Below, in pieces: positions 1-14,376 of a DNA stretch of 64,000 bases (position 1 is its first letter; each line of letters starts with the position of its first letter). Source of the DNA: Amoebidium appalachense (taxonomy: Eukaryota > Protista > Ichthyosporea); assembly GCA_963693365.1 (NCBI GenBank), contig CAVNZM010000006.1:1860001-1924000 (forward strand), written 5' to 3'. The notes beneath the pieces were generated by a model, which ran no database searches, was not told the DNA's origin, and was given only the letters and a program-made list of their open reading frames with translations. Both the position numbers and the translations under genes were made by a program.

Positions 1-25
1 GAGGTGGGAGGGGGGGGGGCTGCAC

Positions 26-1672
26 CCGTCGGCTGCAGTGGTTCCCGTTGAGAGAAGACTGGTGGTAGGGTTTGGAGACCAGGGTTGGGAAATATAGTAC
101 ACCCACACACGGGCACCGGGGAGAGGCTGGCCCGTGCTAAAGCGGGTTATCCAGCCAATCAGCTTGCCCTGTTGATAGCCATATGCGGTTAGTGGCAGCA
201 AACGTGCAGTTATAAGCCCCGATGGGCAATAAGGGGAATGATTTTCGGGAAGAGGCGTGATAGCTTTAACTGGACTTAATCTTTATATTTTTTTGGTTTT
301 GAAAAGTGGGTGGTGGTGTGTGTGTTGGGGGGGTGGGGGGGGGGGGGAGGAGAAGCAGAAATACCATGTTTAAGTCCTAGTTTCTGGGTAGTTGGGGAGT
401 GGTGAGTGTCCAGGCAGGAGAAGGTGATAAGGTGTAGGCAAGGGAATAAAACAGCCTGGGCAGCTCCTTTTCTTCGTTGGGAGAAGAAAGGGGGGGGGAG
501 GGGGGGGGGAGACAAACCTGCACGGTCACGAAGACAGGGTTGATGTCTGTGGACGACAGCCATTGGGTCTTAGGCGCCCACGTGCATCTTTCAATATTTG
601 GGTTGTCGAATTGTTGCACACGTGACTCGAAATAGCGCACAAGAGCAAGCCCGGTCGGGGCTAAAAGACGACTTGCACTCAACTCGTAGTAGGTGGCGTT
701 GGCTAGGTTGTTGGGGGGGCCGGGGTTTATAGAAATTTCCTGTGTTTGTATGTGTGTGTATGTTGGGGGGGGTTGGGGGGGGGTTGGGTGGGTGGGGGGA
801 GGGGGGGGGGTGGAGGGGGAAGGAATGGTGAGAATGGATGCCCTAGAAGTACATGAGGGGGAAGAGGGGAAAGGAATGGGGGACCTGGGGGGGGGGGGGG
901 GGGGGGGGAGAGGGGGGGGGGGGGGGGGATGTGTTATAGAGTACGAAGCACACATTTATAACAGACAACACAATGCAGAGTGCAAACCAGAGGGGAGGGG
1001 GGGGGGGGGGGGGGGGGGCAAGCCATCCACAGTACCCGAGTTTAGACTGCTTTGTGATGGGAAGGGGGGGGGGGGGGGGGGGGGGGGGAGAACAGGGGAA
1101 GGGCGTGTTGGATACCTCTGTTGGGGGAAGGGAGTCTGTGTTCCCGTCCACCTGATTGGTTGCAGCCGTGCGCATGGCTGCATCGAGATTGTCCGGGGTG
1201 ATGGATGTCCCTGTCACCTGGTGGCGAAAATATGGGATGAGGGGCGGGGGCGGGGAAGGGGAAGGAAGGGAGGGGGGAGAAGGTTAGGCCGTGTTTTTTT
1301 TCCTTTTTTTTTTTTTTGGGGGGGGGGGGGGGATGTATCAACATTCGCTGTAAAGAGGCATGCCCCTGGCATCATCAGAATCACAGTCAACAGTTTCGAA
1401 GCTTTCTGTATAGGTAGCAAACAGTTTAGGTAGAGTGCGGTTTTGTCTGTGTCTTGCCTTATGTCTATCGTCTGTCCCGAAGAAATCATGTGGTGTTTAA
1501 ATTTTAGGCCCCATGTTCTCGTTTCTTTTATCTTTTTGACACATGCATCATTGGTTAAGTGAGCATAGTCATGTACACACAAATTAGTGCACGCACGCAC
1601 ACACGCACACATACATACATGCACCTACACCCCCCTTCTTCCCCCTCCTCCCCACCCTCCCTTCCACCCCCA

Positions 1673-1719
<47 letters not shown>

Positions 1720-1981
1720 CCCTGCGTGTTTCTGTCGACCCCTTGCACTCAGCCAGGTTCATTGCAAGACTCAGCACACCCCACCCCTTCACCCCCACTG
1801 TCTGCCTGCCAACCCCATTTCCTTGCCCAAACCCGGTCTCGAATCTGGCATCCGATGACGTTCCCTGCAAAACACGGGAATAGATGAGCAATGTTTTTTT
1901 TTGAAAGGGGGGAGGGGGGGGGGGGGGGGGGGGATGGGGCTAAATATATACCCTCTGCACATCCTGCCTTTCTCTCTCTTT

Positions 1982-2029
<48 letters not shown>

Positions 2030-2086
2030 CCCCCAAAAAAATATCTCTACCTCTCCCTCTCTTTCTCTCTCTCTCTCTCTCTTTGC

Positions 2087-2177
<91 letters not shown>

Positions 2178-2328
2178 GAACTTGCGCAAAATAAACATTC
2201 CTATTTTGACCCAGCCTTCTGTAAAAGGAGAACAGGCCGAGGATCCTGATGGTGGTTGGGCATCTACGGCCAGGTGTTCCCCCCCCCCCCCCCCCCCTCC
2301 CCCTATCCCCCCGTTCCCTTTTTTTTTT

Positions 2329-2426
<98 letters not shown>

Positions 2427-3634
2427 CACCTCATCCGACCCGGCATACAACAGCAACGATTCGAGATCTGCCATCTTAAACGTCACCCCGCTAGCCAATA
2501 ATGATTGGCCGTAACTGTCTTTGATGGTGTCACTGCGACCAATCAGAAGGCGGTAGCTGGCCCCTGGGCCGAATTTTCCAGTCACCTCAGCCACTGCTTT
2601 TGTGACCTGCCGAACGCTAAAGCCACCTGGAAGATCGGGTGTGATCTGAAAACAGGGGGGTGGTAGGGAAAGAGGGTTGTTAGATACGGGGATTTCGAAA
2701 ATGGGCTACTCATTATCAATGCACACACACACACACGTGTGGACATGTAAGGACAACACACTGGCGCATATGAAGCGTACACACACAAGCATATGCACGG
2801 ACGGACGTGCACACACGCAGGGCGCGCGTGCGGAAAAACATACACAAACCAACCACAAAACTCACCCAAACCCATACCGAGGCCCACACCCACACTCACA
2901 CGCACACACACGCGTGCGCGCACACACACCCACACACACACACCCACACCCACACCCACACACACCCACACCCACACAAACAGACCCACAAATACACACC
3001 TGCATGACGGCCTGAAGGCTATCTGCCGTCAATCCCTCCGCCAAGCCATGTCTTAGCCCAATTCGTAGACGATTGTACTGCCCCCTGTACGGTTTAACCA
3101 ACGGAACTGAAAATGGCAGCAACCCCATAATTTTTGCCCACACTCCTTTTCTCGCAGCTCCAGCCAATGAGCTATAGCGAGACCCAGCCTCTAGACCAAT
3201 AAGATAGCTCTGATTACCCGCCAAGGGTGTCGTAGGTACCACTTGCACGCACAATAAGTCGCGTTTGATTGGTGGAGGGAGCACGAAAAAAGGGCGAGGT
3301 GTTCCCTGATTGGTTGGACACGGGCTGACGGTTACGGGGATACTGATTGGTCGGCAGTTGCTCTGACCCCCCGGGCACACGGTTCGGATTGTGAGGGAGC
3401 TTGAGAGCAGGGGAAGGTCTGGTGCGTAGTTAAAACTGTGGGGCAAGAATCGGGGTTAGGAAACAGGCGGAGGGGGGGGGGGGGGGGGGGGGGGGGGAGG
3501 GGGGAGGGGGGGGGGGGGGGGGGGGGGAAGGAGGGGCAATCAGGGAGGGAGCTGATTGTGTGGGTAGGTGAGTGGGTGAGTAGGTCTGCAGAAGGGGGAG
3601 GGGGGCGAAGGGGAGGGTGTGTGTGTGTGTGGGT

Positions 3635-3665
<31 letters not shown>

Positions 3666-4685
3666 AAGTGCCATAGAGTACGATAAGTAGAGTGTTCTTA
3701 GGTGAGAATAACTATGTTTCCTGGCTGTCGAGTAGAGGAGACCCTCCTCCCATTCTTGATAAAACCATCCCACACACTTACTTACTTGCACACTCTCTCC
3801 CCATCCCTCACCTCCCCAATCCCCCCCCCCCCCCAAACCCCCCTCCCTCCCCTCCCGCCCACAAACACACACACACACACACAATATTTTCCTCTCTCCC
3901 TATCCATCCTCCCACCCACGAATGATAACCTAACTCATTTCCGTACAATCCCCTGTAAGAGGACAAATATATAGCCAATCATTCGGTCAAAGATATGCCA
4001 TATAAGGCACTTATCCATAGTATGAAGTAAATGTTATTTACTCAAGCATACGTCACACATGGCACTCACCTTAGTCTGATGACTCCATCAGGCGGAACCT
4101 CGTATACTTCACTGCCATCCATGGTCCCTTCTGGAAGATATTCCACCGGGATGGCTGGTTGCCACCGGCCATCGGTAGCCTTTTTGAGCACATCTGATTG
4201 GACGGATGTCACGGAGATTGATAGCGAATCAGTCACATACTGCTGTTTGGCGGCTGGTGATTGGCTGGAAGCAAGGCGGGTCCCGTCGAATGCCGTGAGG
4301 CCATCATCGACCACAAGCTCGAAGGAGAGATCTGATTGGAGGAAGTTAGTCAGTGCATGCACATCTTATGCACCCCCCCCCCCCCCCCACCTGTCTCCTG
4401 TCTCCCCCCCCTCCCCCCTTTTCGAAGATGGTTTTGGTCCCTTGTCTGCTTTTTTTTTTTTTTAACCAAAATGGTGCTTGTGAGGCGAGGGGGGGGGGGG
4501 AGAGGGTTGGTGCAGGTGGGGAGAAGGATTTTTGGTGGGGGTGAAACAAATGGAAAATTTCGCAAGGCGGAGGGGGGAGGGGGGGGATGTTGACCTGTTG
4601 GCCATGTGCCGTTTGGAGTGAACCGGCCAATTGATGTAGTCACCCATCGTAGGTTGCCGGCAAAATTACACGGCTGGAGAGTGGT

Positions 4686-4728
<43 letters not shown>

Positions 4729-4959
4729 GGAGATGCACCCATAGGACGGGCAGAGGAGAAGGGGAGAAAGGGCGGGAGGGTGTGGTGTGGGGTGTGTGTG
4801 TGGGGGAGGGGGGGGGTGGGGGGGGGGAGGTAAACCTGCTTGGGAAGCCAGTTTCTTCATTGAACATGTGTATCCGCCTTTGTACCCCCCCCCCCCCCCT
4901 CTCCCTCCTTTCCTCCCCCCTCCCCCCTCCCCCCCCCCCCGCCCCTCCCCAAAGCAACT

Positions 4960-5049
<90 letters not shown>

Positions 5050-5872
5050 GAATTCACAACCCAAGGGAAAGGGAGATGGGAAGGGGAAAGTGCCGAGAGG
5101 CTTAGAGCACCAATCAATCATTATGACCCCACCACCACCCCCTCTCCCCTCCCCTCCCCTCCCAAAAAAAAAAATAAATAAATAAATAAAAAAAAAAAAT
5201 GGCGGTTGCTTTTCTGATTGGTCTTTTCACCGTTTTCTTCGACCCTTTTCCGTTCCCTCCTCCCCTCCCCCCCCCCCCCCTCCCCCCCCTTCGGACTCCC
5301 ACCCATACAATATACTAATGTACACCCTTATTTTGCCCTGCAGATTGTGTCCCCCCCTCCCACCCCCCCACCCCCCCCCCCAAAAAAAAAAACCAAAAAA
5401 AAAAAACCCATCCACTCATCCACCCACCCACCCACCCACCCACCACCACCACCACGTGTGTGTGTGTGCGTGCGTGTGTGGGTGCGTGCGGGCGTGTGTG
5501 AATGGCAGTGTGTGTGCACGCGTGCGTGCGTGTGTGAGAGCGAGTGCGCACGTGAGTGCATGCGAGCGTGCGTGCGTGTATGTGTGTTTGGGGGAGGGGG
5601 GGGAGGGTGAGGGGGAGAAGCAAGCCTACCTGCCCTAGACACAACAGACGAAATGGTGGTGGGGTATTTGCAGCCGCAGCACCAATGTCTGACCCAAGGG
5701 CAATCACAGGCCGGCTAAAGACAACCGTCAGATCTTGGGTGTTACTCAATAAATAGGCCTCCCCCTGCCCAAATGGGATGATGCTGGTCACGCGGAGAGA
5801 GGAAGGTGCCTGTCCACACACGGACAGTGCATGTGCACACAGTGCAAGCAGGGACGCGCGTGCCCACCCCAT
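26..5872 (-). CDS. Secreted bacterial-type alpha-2-macroglobulin-like protein, 5' part (multi-exon; gene continues beyond the left edge)
   Basis: Exons with GT/AG ends and compatible phases: 5630-5872 (signal peptide MGWARASLLALCAHALSVCG...LTVVFSRPVIALG), 4595-4673 (GNLRWVTTSIGRFTP), 4070-4331, 3000-3435, 2430-2645, 1116-1217, 518-739 (QWLSSTDINPVFV) and 26-168 (GKLIGWITRFSTGQPLPGARVWVY...STGTTAADG). Exon structure between 1217 and 2430 is unresolved (candidate acceptor at 1865). The motifs recall the Ig-like and MG domains of bacterial A2M (vxFsrPmv; wVtxLstGkPvaGaxV...GtTdadG). Assignment is by motif recall, not by search. Confidence 0.72.
931..989 (-). repeat. Copy of ~65-nt intronic interspersed element (TGGTTTGCACTCTGCATTGTGTTGTC...ATAACAC)
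   Basis: Lies in an A2M intron. Related copies at ~12283-12326 (+), 12776-12846 (+), 56403-56469 (-), 59091-59150 (-, degenerate) and 59213-59281 (-). Confidence 0.75.
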
Positions 5873-6187
5873 GCTGACCTGCAGGACACATAATTCAGCA
5901 TTAGATTCATGCAAGGTCGTTGATTGAGTCGCCGCATTTGTTGTTGTTGTTACGGATACATTGAGCTAAAATACTGCTGTGATAGAATGTTGAAATATTA
6001 TCAGGGGCAAAATGTGAGAATAGTTGTGCCACAGAGTGCATGTTGATGCATTTTAACTTGTGGTGCTCGGGGTATTCTCTCTGCTTTTTTGCATAAATTT
6101 TCAGTTTTATTTGTGCCGGTTTTCTTTCTTTCTTTTTTTTTTTTTTTTGTTTGTTTGTTTGTCTGTTTGTTTGTTTTTTCGTTTGTT

Positions 6188-6259
<72 letters not shown>

Positions 6260-8000
6260 GGGGGGGGGGGGGGGATGTGGAAGGTTGTACACTTGAAGGC
6301 ATTTTAAGATGGTCCTGTTGCCTCCTTTTCTATAATTTTTGTTTTAGCGGTGTTTGGAGAAGGGGGGGGGGGGGGGGGGTAGACAGGCATGTTTATACCT
6401 CGTTTCACAGAAAATGGTTGTTCTGACTATACAAAAAGAAAATTACACTAGATGGAACCCACATTCGCGTGAACCTTCAGTTCACGCTCTATAGCTGTCT
6501 CTGCGCGTGGATTTGCCCTTCGTGAGCTCTGACACGGTCACCCCCATGCCCACTTTTAAAAAATAATATTGCACCTGGATTTGACATGATTGTCACCGGT
6601 CCCTTCGAGACGGGGCCTGGGACAAAATTCGCAAACAGAGAGTGGGCCTGGAGCTAGAGGTGTTTTAAACTGCCAGATTTTATTGCCCAGAACCTGTGCC
6701 AACAGCCTTTTCCCACTATTTCGCTAGAAATTGGCAAACAAGTCTAGTGGATAGCTCAATGAGTCCGCCTACACCAAATCCCAGTGTTTCCACTTCAACC
6801 ATCAACAACCCCCAGTTATAATACGCAGGTACAGTTTTTGTTTTGTGGGTTAGCGTTTAACGCTTAAAGGGGCCGGGGTTTTAGGTCTGCGAAGAGAAAA
6901 CGTACTGGATTTATAAGTGACTCCTGCTTCCTTCTCCTACTGATGTTCGCGTTCCACATGTAGACACTATCTGAGCACAGCTGCAGCTGAGGAAACAATA
7001 CAGCACAGTTTCATATCACGCATCTACCATCGATTAATCATATATATACTACAACCAAGCAGGAAGAATCAGTTTGTGCGACACAAAGGCGTTTGTGAAC
7101 ATGTTCGAGCCATATGTTTCTGCCAATGGTTTAGCAAAGGTACACGTCCACAAAGTGGGAGTCCCCGTTTTGTTCGTTTTCAACGCCCACTTTTTGGTGA
7201 TGACGGTCACGTCCTTCCGGATCCTGCGCGGCGTTGCGTTTGTGCGAGCGGCAGCGGCCATTGGACAGTTTGATGAACCAGCAAACGTTTACGTGATGTT
7301 ATATCCTATTGTGCAGGATTATTGGATATTGTGATCGATATAAATTATATATAGCCATTCAGATGCTACACATACACACTCCCGCGCACCGAGTCCTACG
7401 GCGCACCGCCAGTGCAGCCGTACTCTGTCTCTGAGCTCGAGGCTCAATCTGCTGCCCAAGTAGACCCGAATATTCGTAGCTTAAGTTATTTTACAGATTT
7501 TTATGTGGGCGCTGGGTGGTGGTGTATATTTTGTTTTGTGAAAAATAAAATACTCAGCATCACAATCTTCCACCGCTCCTTCAACCGCAAGATCGCGATG
7601 CATGATTATTATCCTGTGAGCGTACGGATATTATAGCCATAAAAAGGTGTGTGTAATGTTACGTAAGCGTGGCTCATGTGACGTCACGCATGGTCGTGTC
7701 AAGATCTCCACAGATCTATTGTAGACACAGTTTCAGTCGTGTTGACTTGAAGACACGCTCACCGTCAAGTTCTTCTTTGAAACCAACGTTTCATCACCAA
7801 ATTTGTGTCTACACATTTCTACTACAGTACTTATCGTTCTGCTGTTCTTGCTTTCATCTATTTCATAGTCCCAATAGATGGATCGCACTGTGTGAACTAA
7901 TTTTTCTTGTCTTGGGAAGTCCTGGCTGCAAACGTCCTCCTGACTTTCCAGTACACACACAACATGCTCTTAGTGGATCTGCCAGTAAGGTGGTTCAAAC

Positions 8001-11000
8001 ATGGCAAGAGAAGGAAACGTTTACTACCGACCAAAGAACCCAAGCAGGGGGCGCCCTCTTGGCCAAGAATACTCAAATGCACCCGTAGGGCTGGTTGGGG
8101 AAAGACCTAGGAGGAATGAAGAGTGGTGGCACGATGGGGATCATGGGGGAGGCACGAGTTCTCGACCGTACCAAGACAGGAGCCTTGTTCCGAAGGGTAT
8201 ACCCTTCTTTATACAACCTTTGCTGCCGACCCCGGACTCCTTTGACGGTCGTGGTTGCTTCGGCTTCAAACTAAGGGGCCCAAGCCAGCCCCAACGCTAC
8301 TCAACTGGGCCTGATCACCAGCAGCCCTACGTTCCTTTTCGACGACCCGTATACAACGCGGAGGGGAAAAGCGAGCGAATCGAGCGAAATTTGAATATGG
8401 TCAACGAGCAGCCGAATCGACTGCTTTTTCCGGAGCCTATACGGCGTCAGCTGACGGCCATTGAACGGCGCTTGCAACAGGACTCTTTTCCCATCATGTC
8501 CTTTCGAACGGAAATCATTAGGGCCCTGCAGTCACCAAAAGCACGGTTAGTGGTTACGGCAGCCACGGGCTCAGGCAAGAGCACGTGCATACCCGCTCTG
8601 TTGGCCGTGGCCACCCCGTTTGGCCATCTTCCATGTGACTCCCAGGGTACCCCTCCACGATGGATCATCATCAGCCAGCCACGTGCGTTTGCGGCTCGCA
8701 ACATCATCAAGGGCATCAAGCGCTACCTCGGTGATACGGATACGAGACCCATGTTTTGGCCCGAGGCAGAGGTTTTGCAGCTTGCGCGCTCAGCATTTGG
8801 CACTCCCGGTTACGATAGGAAAAACGAACACGCAAACGGAAACGGTTATGGCTACCAGCGGGCTAAGTGCACACATCACATTGGAGCACAGGAAAGGCCG
8901 ATTCCAGAAGCGGGGCATAGGTGGCTGCCCAGGGTAATTACACTGACCGAGGCAGCACTCCTCCGGGTCATTGGCGAGTATGGGGGTTTGCCTGCAGCGG
9001 CAGTGGTGATTTTGGACGAGGCACATGAACGCACGGCGGAGTTGGACTGTCTGTTGAGCATGTTGACGAATGAGGTGGCAGTGGGCATGGCGGGTGGGGG
9101 TTCTTCGCAGTTGTTGAAAGGGCGACCGACACGGGTGATAGTGACGTCGGCAACGGTGGACGCTGAGTTTTTCAGGGGGTTCCTTGGGAGGGCGAAAATT
9201 CTGAGTTGCAACCAGAGATTGCATGAGATTACCACACGGGTAGTGAACGTGTCGGAGGAGTACCCGGGAAAAACAGCAGTTAGCGTGGCTGTCGACCTCT
9301 GTGTTAACCATGTCCAGAAGGCATGTGCATCGGAAATTTCCATCGCCAACAGAGCGCAGGGGGATGGGTCAGGCGGAGGGGTTCTGGAACGGTTGGGGTT
9401 GCAGGTTGGTACCACGTTGGTGTTTCTGCCGGGCAAGGGGGAGTGTGTGCAGGTGTCGCAGCAGCTGCATGACAAACTCTCGTGCGCGTCTCCACACCCG
9501 TTGTTCCTGGTGCGCTCCAAGTGTGAGGCTACCGCCCCTCTCGACGTGTGGTTGAGCGAAATTTCGCTTCTTGCTGCACACGCCGCCGGGCAGGGGTTAT
9601 ATCCCGTGCTGGTTTTAACCCTTTACGGTGCGCTTCCGGTAGAATGCCAAGATCGGGTCATGTGCGAACGTATTCCGCCATCACTAGTCCGCATCGTGTT
9701 AACCACAAGCATCGCCGAAACATCGGTCACGGTGCCCCAAGTAGCGACAGTGATAGACCTCGGGCTGCAGAAAATCCCCGTTTATGTGCCCGAGCGAATG
9801 TGCACTGTTCTTCGTCTGGTGCAGGCGTCGGCGAGTCAGCAACAACAACGTGCGGGGAGGGGCTGGGCGGGTTCGCCCTGGGCATTGTGTTCGGGTTGTG
9901 TGGCCCGGGGAGGGGCCTCATGGGGTCCCAGCACAGGAGGAGGGGTTGGTGGAATTGCGACGGACGGATTTAACCCATCTCATACTCCGCCTTCGCCTGA
10001 TGGGAATCCGGCTCGAGGACCTCCGGCTCCCCGACCCACCCGACCCCTCTGCTGTGCAGGTTTTTTTAACCCAATTAAGGGACCATGGTGCTTTAACCCC
10101 AGAGACGAAAGGCGGGTGGTGTATGGAGGAGGTAACGGAAATTGGGCGGCGAATCGCTCGGCTACCCGTTAGTGTTCCCCTTGCGCGTGCGTTTCTGGAT
10201 TTGGTCGATGAGGGGTGGGCGGTGTATGCAGCGGCGGCGGTGGCGTGCCTAACGACGGGAACGGAGATGTTGTGGTGGGGGTCGGGATTGGAGAGGGAAC
10301 AACGGAGGGAGATTATTGACAGGCACGGGAGTTTCTTTTCGGAGGAGTCGGATATCACCACCCTTGCCAACATGTTTCTCGAATGGTTCGCCAACGGGTT
10401 TGGAAAGGAGTCGGCGGCAAAGTTCGCCATCAATGTTAAGGTGGCACAGACAGATAGGGAGGTTTTTACAGCTGTGTTGGCTTACGGCGCCGGCATTTAT
10501 GTCACGACGACGGGCACGATTAAGGAGCGAATAATGGCGGCGGCGCCACTTTTGGTGTTCGACCGAAAACGGGCGCAAGCGGCGGTATCCCGGCGGTTGG
10601 TGGAGGTTTGTGTTCGGCAAAAACACACGGCGGAGTTGTGTGGGGCAATGGTTGCGCCGGACGGAACCGTCCATCTCCTCTACACACCAGACGACAAACC
10701 GACCGAACGGTTCCGTCTGACCCGACCCGGATTCACGGTAGACTCGCTGTCTGAGGGGAGCGTTAGCCGGCGGATTGTGTTTTTCGAGCGTGTTTACACA
10801 AACAGCGGCCGGCAGGGCAACGGGAGTGCGGATGCGGGGGTGCGGAAGGGTGGTGCGTTCCAGGGCTATTTGGGCCTTAGCATTGGGCTGGGGGCAGGGG
10901 ACGACGATGGGTGGCTGGTGGGCCAATTGGGGGAAATTCTGGGCAACGTACTGCCTAAGACCACCATGCTGGTGTTTCCCAAGGAAATCCCCGTGCACGC

Positions 11001-12661
11001 TGTGCGTATTTTGCAAGTGGCGTACTCAAAATGGCGCCACCGGGTGTTGTGTTTCCGCGAAACGACGAGGGACGAAACATCTGAATCGCATTTTTACGGA
11101 CGAGGAACGGCGGCGGCAGCGGCGGCAGCAGCTGCTGCTTGTGTTGGTTTGGACCGTGTGTGGTTTCTGGGCACACGGGCAGACTGGCATATGATGGGGG
11201 GTGCCTTGGCCCAGCTTGTATGGGTGCTTCTCCGCAGGGCTCATAGGCAGCACAGTATCAGTATCGATGTTCCCGGGTCGGGCCAGGCTGTGCTGCTTCG
11301 GCCCGATTGTGGGGTGGAGTCTGTGCGATTGGCCCCGGAGGATGGTGCACCTGAAATTTGGCCCATGCATTGTCGCTATTTGCACGTTTCGGCTCTACCG
11401 TCCATTCTCGACCGTCTTCCTATCGACAATGCACCTGAGTCGTGGCCCCGCTTCACGGTGGAATTCGACCACCCCATTTCCGGATTTACGGTGTATTTCC
11501 TGGAGCAGAGAGCGTATTCTCTTCTCGTTCCCGAGGCGCCTACGGGAGAAAACGGCGGCGGCGGCAGCGGTGGCGGTGGGGGATTAGGCGGCCGGATGAG
11601 TCCGTGCGAACTTCTTTTGGAGGTGTGTTTTACGGCGCAGCAGGCGAATTTGGTGCATGTGGAGGGGGCGTCGAATTTTCTGGGCCTTGCACGTGTGCAC
11701 GATGGAATGTACCGTGGGTGGGGGTCCATTAACACACTTGGCCTAATTAGGCAAGTTTTGCAGCACTTTACGCGATTTCAAGGCAACGCCGCGCTCCCGA
11801 CGAAACTCATCGTTACGTCGCGAGGAAACCGCACGCAGTTGGTTAAAGACATGGCGGAGACGTTGATGTTTTCGGTGGAGGAGGAGACCGGCAGGTTGTT
11901 TGGAGACCAGGTGCGTGTTATTTGGAGTTGGATGGAGGGGGCCTCGTTCAGAGTGGTGCTTGCTGCCTGGCCTACACACGACCCTCCACCTGTCATGTTG
12001 CTACAGGAGGCTGCTGATGTCCTCAGGTGCGCTTTTTGTTTGTTTGTTCATCCCCCTTTCCCCCTCCCCCCTCCCTCCGCCCCCCCCCCCCCACCTCCTT
12101 CTCTCTCCACCCCTCCCCCCTCCCCACACACACACACACACACACGATCATCACCATGAACCACCATCACCACCACCACCTCTCCGACCCCCGTCCTCCC
12201 CCTTTCCCTATCCCCCGTTACTTGCCCCATCCAGGATGTGTCTGTTATGATGCATAAACTTTTGTGTGGGTATTTTCCTGTTATATCTGCATTGTGTTGT
12301 CTGTCAGGAATGTGAACTTTGTACTCAGTGCCGCATCTTCTCCACCCCCCTCCCCCGCATACCCCCACCCGACTCCGCCCCCACCCCAATCCCCACCCCC
12401 AACCCCACCCTCGCCACACACCACTCTCTTTTAGGAGACCTTCCTCCACAGCATACACATCCGTTCTCTCTCTATCTCTCTCTCTCCTCTCTCTTTCTGT
12501 CTCCCCCCTCCCCCTCCCTCCTCCTCCTACGTTGCTTTCCAATCATTCGCACTCCTGAATCCCCTCTCCCACCTATGGCTAAATTTTCCATGCTTGGAAA
12601 CCTCGGAGTCACCACAAATTGGTTACCAATTTTTTGTTTGTTCGAAGCAATTTTTACACAC

Positions 12662-12698
<37 letters not shown>

Positions 12699-14341
12699 AC
12701 CCACCCCACCCCACTCCAACCCCACCCCCACCCACCTACCCACCCGCTCACCCACCTCCTTGCATACTCTTTACGTGGTTTGCACTCTGCATTGTGTTGT
12801 CTGTTTTTTTTAATATATACTGCATCCTCAATAACACATTTGAACCCCCCCCTCCCCCCCCTCCCTGCTCCTGTTCATGTATTGCATTCTTACCATCATC
12901 TTCTCCCTCCTTCCTACTTTCTCGCTGCCTTATTCCTACTCCTCCACACCCTCCCCCCCCCCCCCCCCCCCTCCTCGCCTCACCCCCAACCCCCTGTCTC
13001 CCCCCTCCCCGGGCCCACCTTTTGGCCTCCTCATTTGCACTTGCTTTCTCCTCTCCTTTATCCATCCTTTTCTCTCCATTCTCTCTCTTTTGTCTCGTAC
13101 CCATATGCTAAACCATCTTTTTAAACCACCTCTTCACATTGCCCCTCTCCACATTACACTAACTGCATCCCATTTTTCCTTTTGTCTTTCAGGCAGAACC
13201 TCGAGTGGAAACACGTCAGCAACGTCACAGCGGATGTTGCCATTCGTCACGTAGCCCGTCTGACAATCGACGGGTCCCTCGCCGGACCCATTACCCACTC
13301 CCTGGAACGTTTTGGTGTTCTCCTTCACGTCAAAGACGCACCCATAGGCCCCAAGGTGGCACGTACGGGGGAGGGGGAGGGAGACACACGCACGGTGGTG
13401 CTTCAGAGCATCAGTCCGGAGGTGCTTGCAAGCGCGCGTGCGGCTGTGGAGGCTGTGAGCAGACCCTTTGCGCCTCTGCTTCCCCCCCTTGCTGCTGCTT
13501 TTCTCGGTCCGTTTTTCCCGGCCAATGGGGATTTGCAGGTGCTTGCACAGGTATGGGGTGAGTGGGGTGGCGGGGTTGTGTGTGTGTGTGGGGGGGGGGG
13601 GGGAGGGGTTGTTTTGCTTGGTCTGCATGTGCTGATGGGGTGAGCAGTGAGGTGGGGAAGGGGTGGGGGACAGCTCCCGGGGGGGAAAGGGAAGGGGGGA
13701 GGGGAAGGGGGGTTTGAGCAATTAAGATTGGTGTCAAGGGGGCCGCCACGGATGTGTCATTAAAGGACATCTGATGGCAATATGTTGGGGGGGGGAAGGG
13801 TGGGTGGAGGGGGGAGGGGGGGGGGGGGAGGGGGGGGGATATGGATGACAAATGGGGCGGAGGGAGGAGGGGTTTGTTTTTTGGGGGGGAGGGGGAGGTT
13901 AGATCCGAGTAGGTTTCCAAGAATGTTGTATGACTTTATGCTAGAAAGCATGTGCTGCTGGTCGTGCCACCGTCCTGCCCTTCCCTTGCCCCCCCTCCCT
14001 CCCCCCCCCCCCCCTCCCCCCCCCCTCCCCCTCCCCCCCGCCCCCCCCTCCTGGTGTCCGCTCCTACTGCACCTGGCTCACCATACTATCGCCTTCTTGC
14101 CCCCCCCCCCCCCCCCCCCCCCCCCCCGCCTCAACGCACCCTTCCTTCCTTCCCCCAACATACTTCTAGATAAGCGTGTGATGGATGGGATCTGCATGTG
14201 TGTCACTACGCATTCGTGCTCTTCGATTCCAGCATATTGGTTGCACTAAATCGTTCTCTTCTGGGTCCATTTGCTCGTCAACACTGATAATCCACACCCC
14301 TCTCCAACATTAATGATTCACACCCTCCACCCCTTGCCCCC

Positions 14342-14376
<35 letters not shown>

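Noticed and set aside
7049-7334. Short overlapping ORFs between the divergent A2M and helicase genes
   Set aside because: Protein-like, but no motif, splice partners or homology recognisable. Unsupported.
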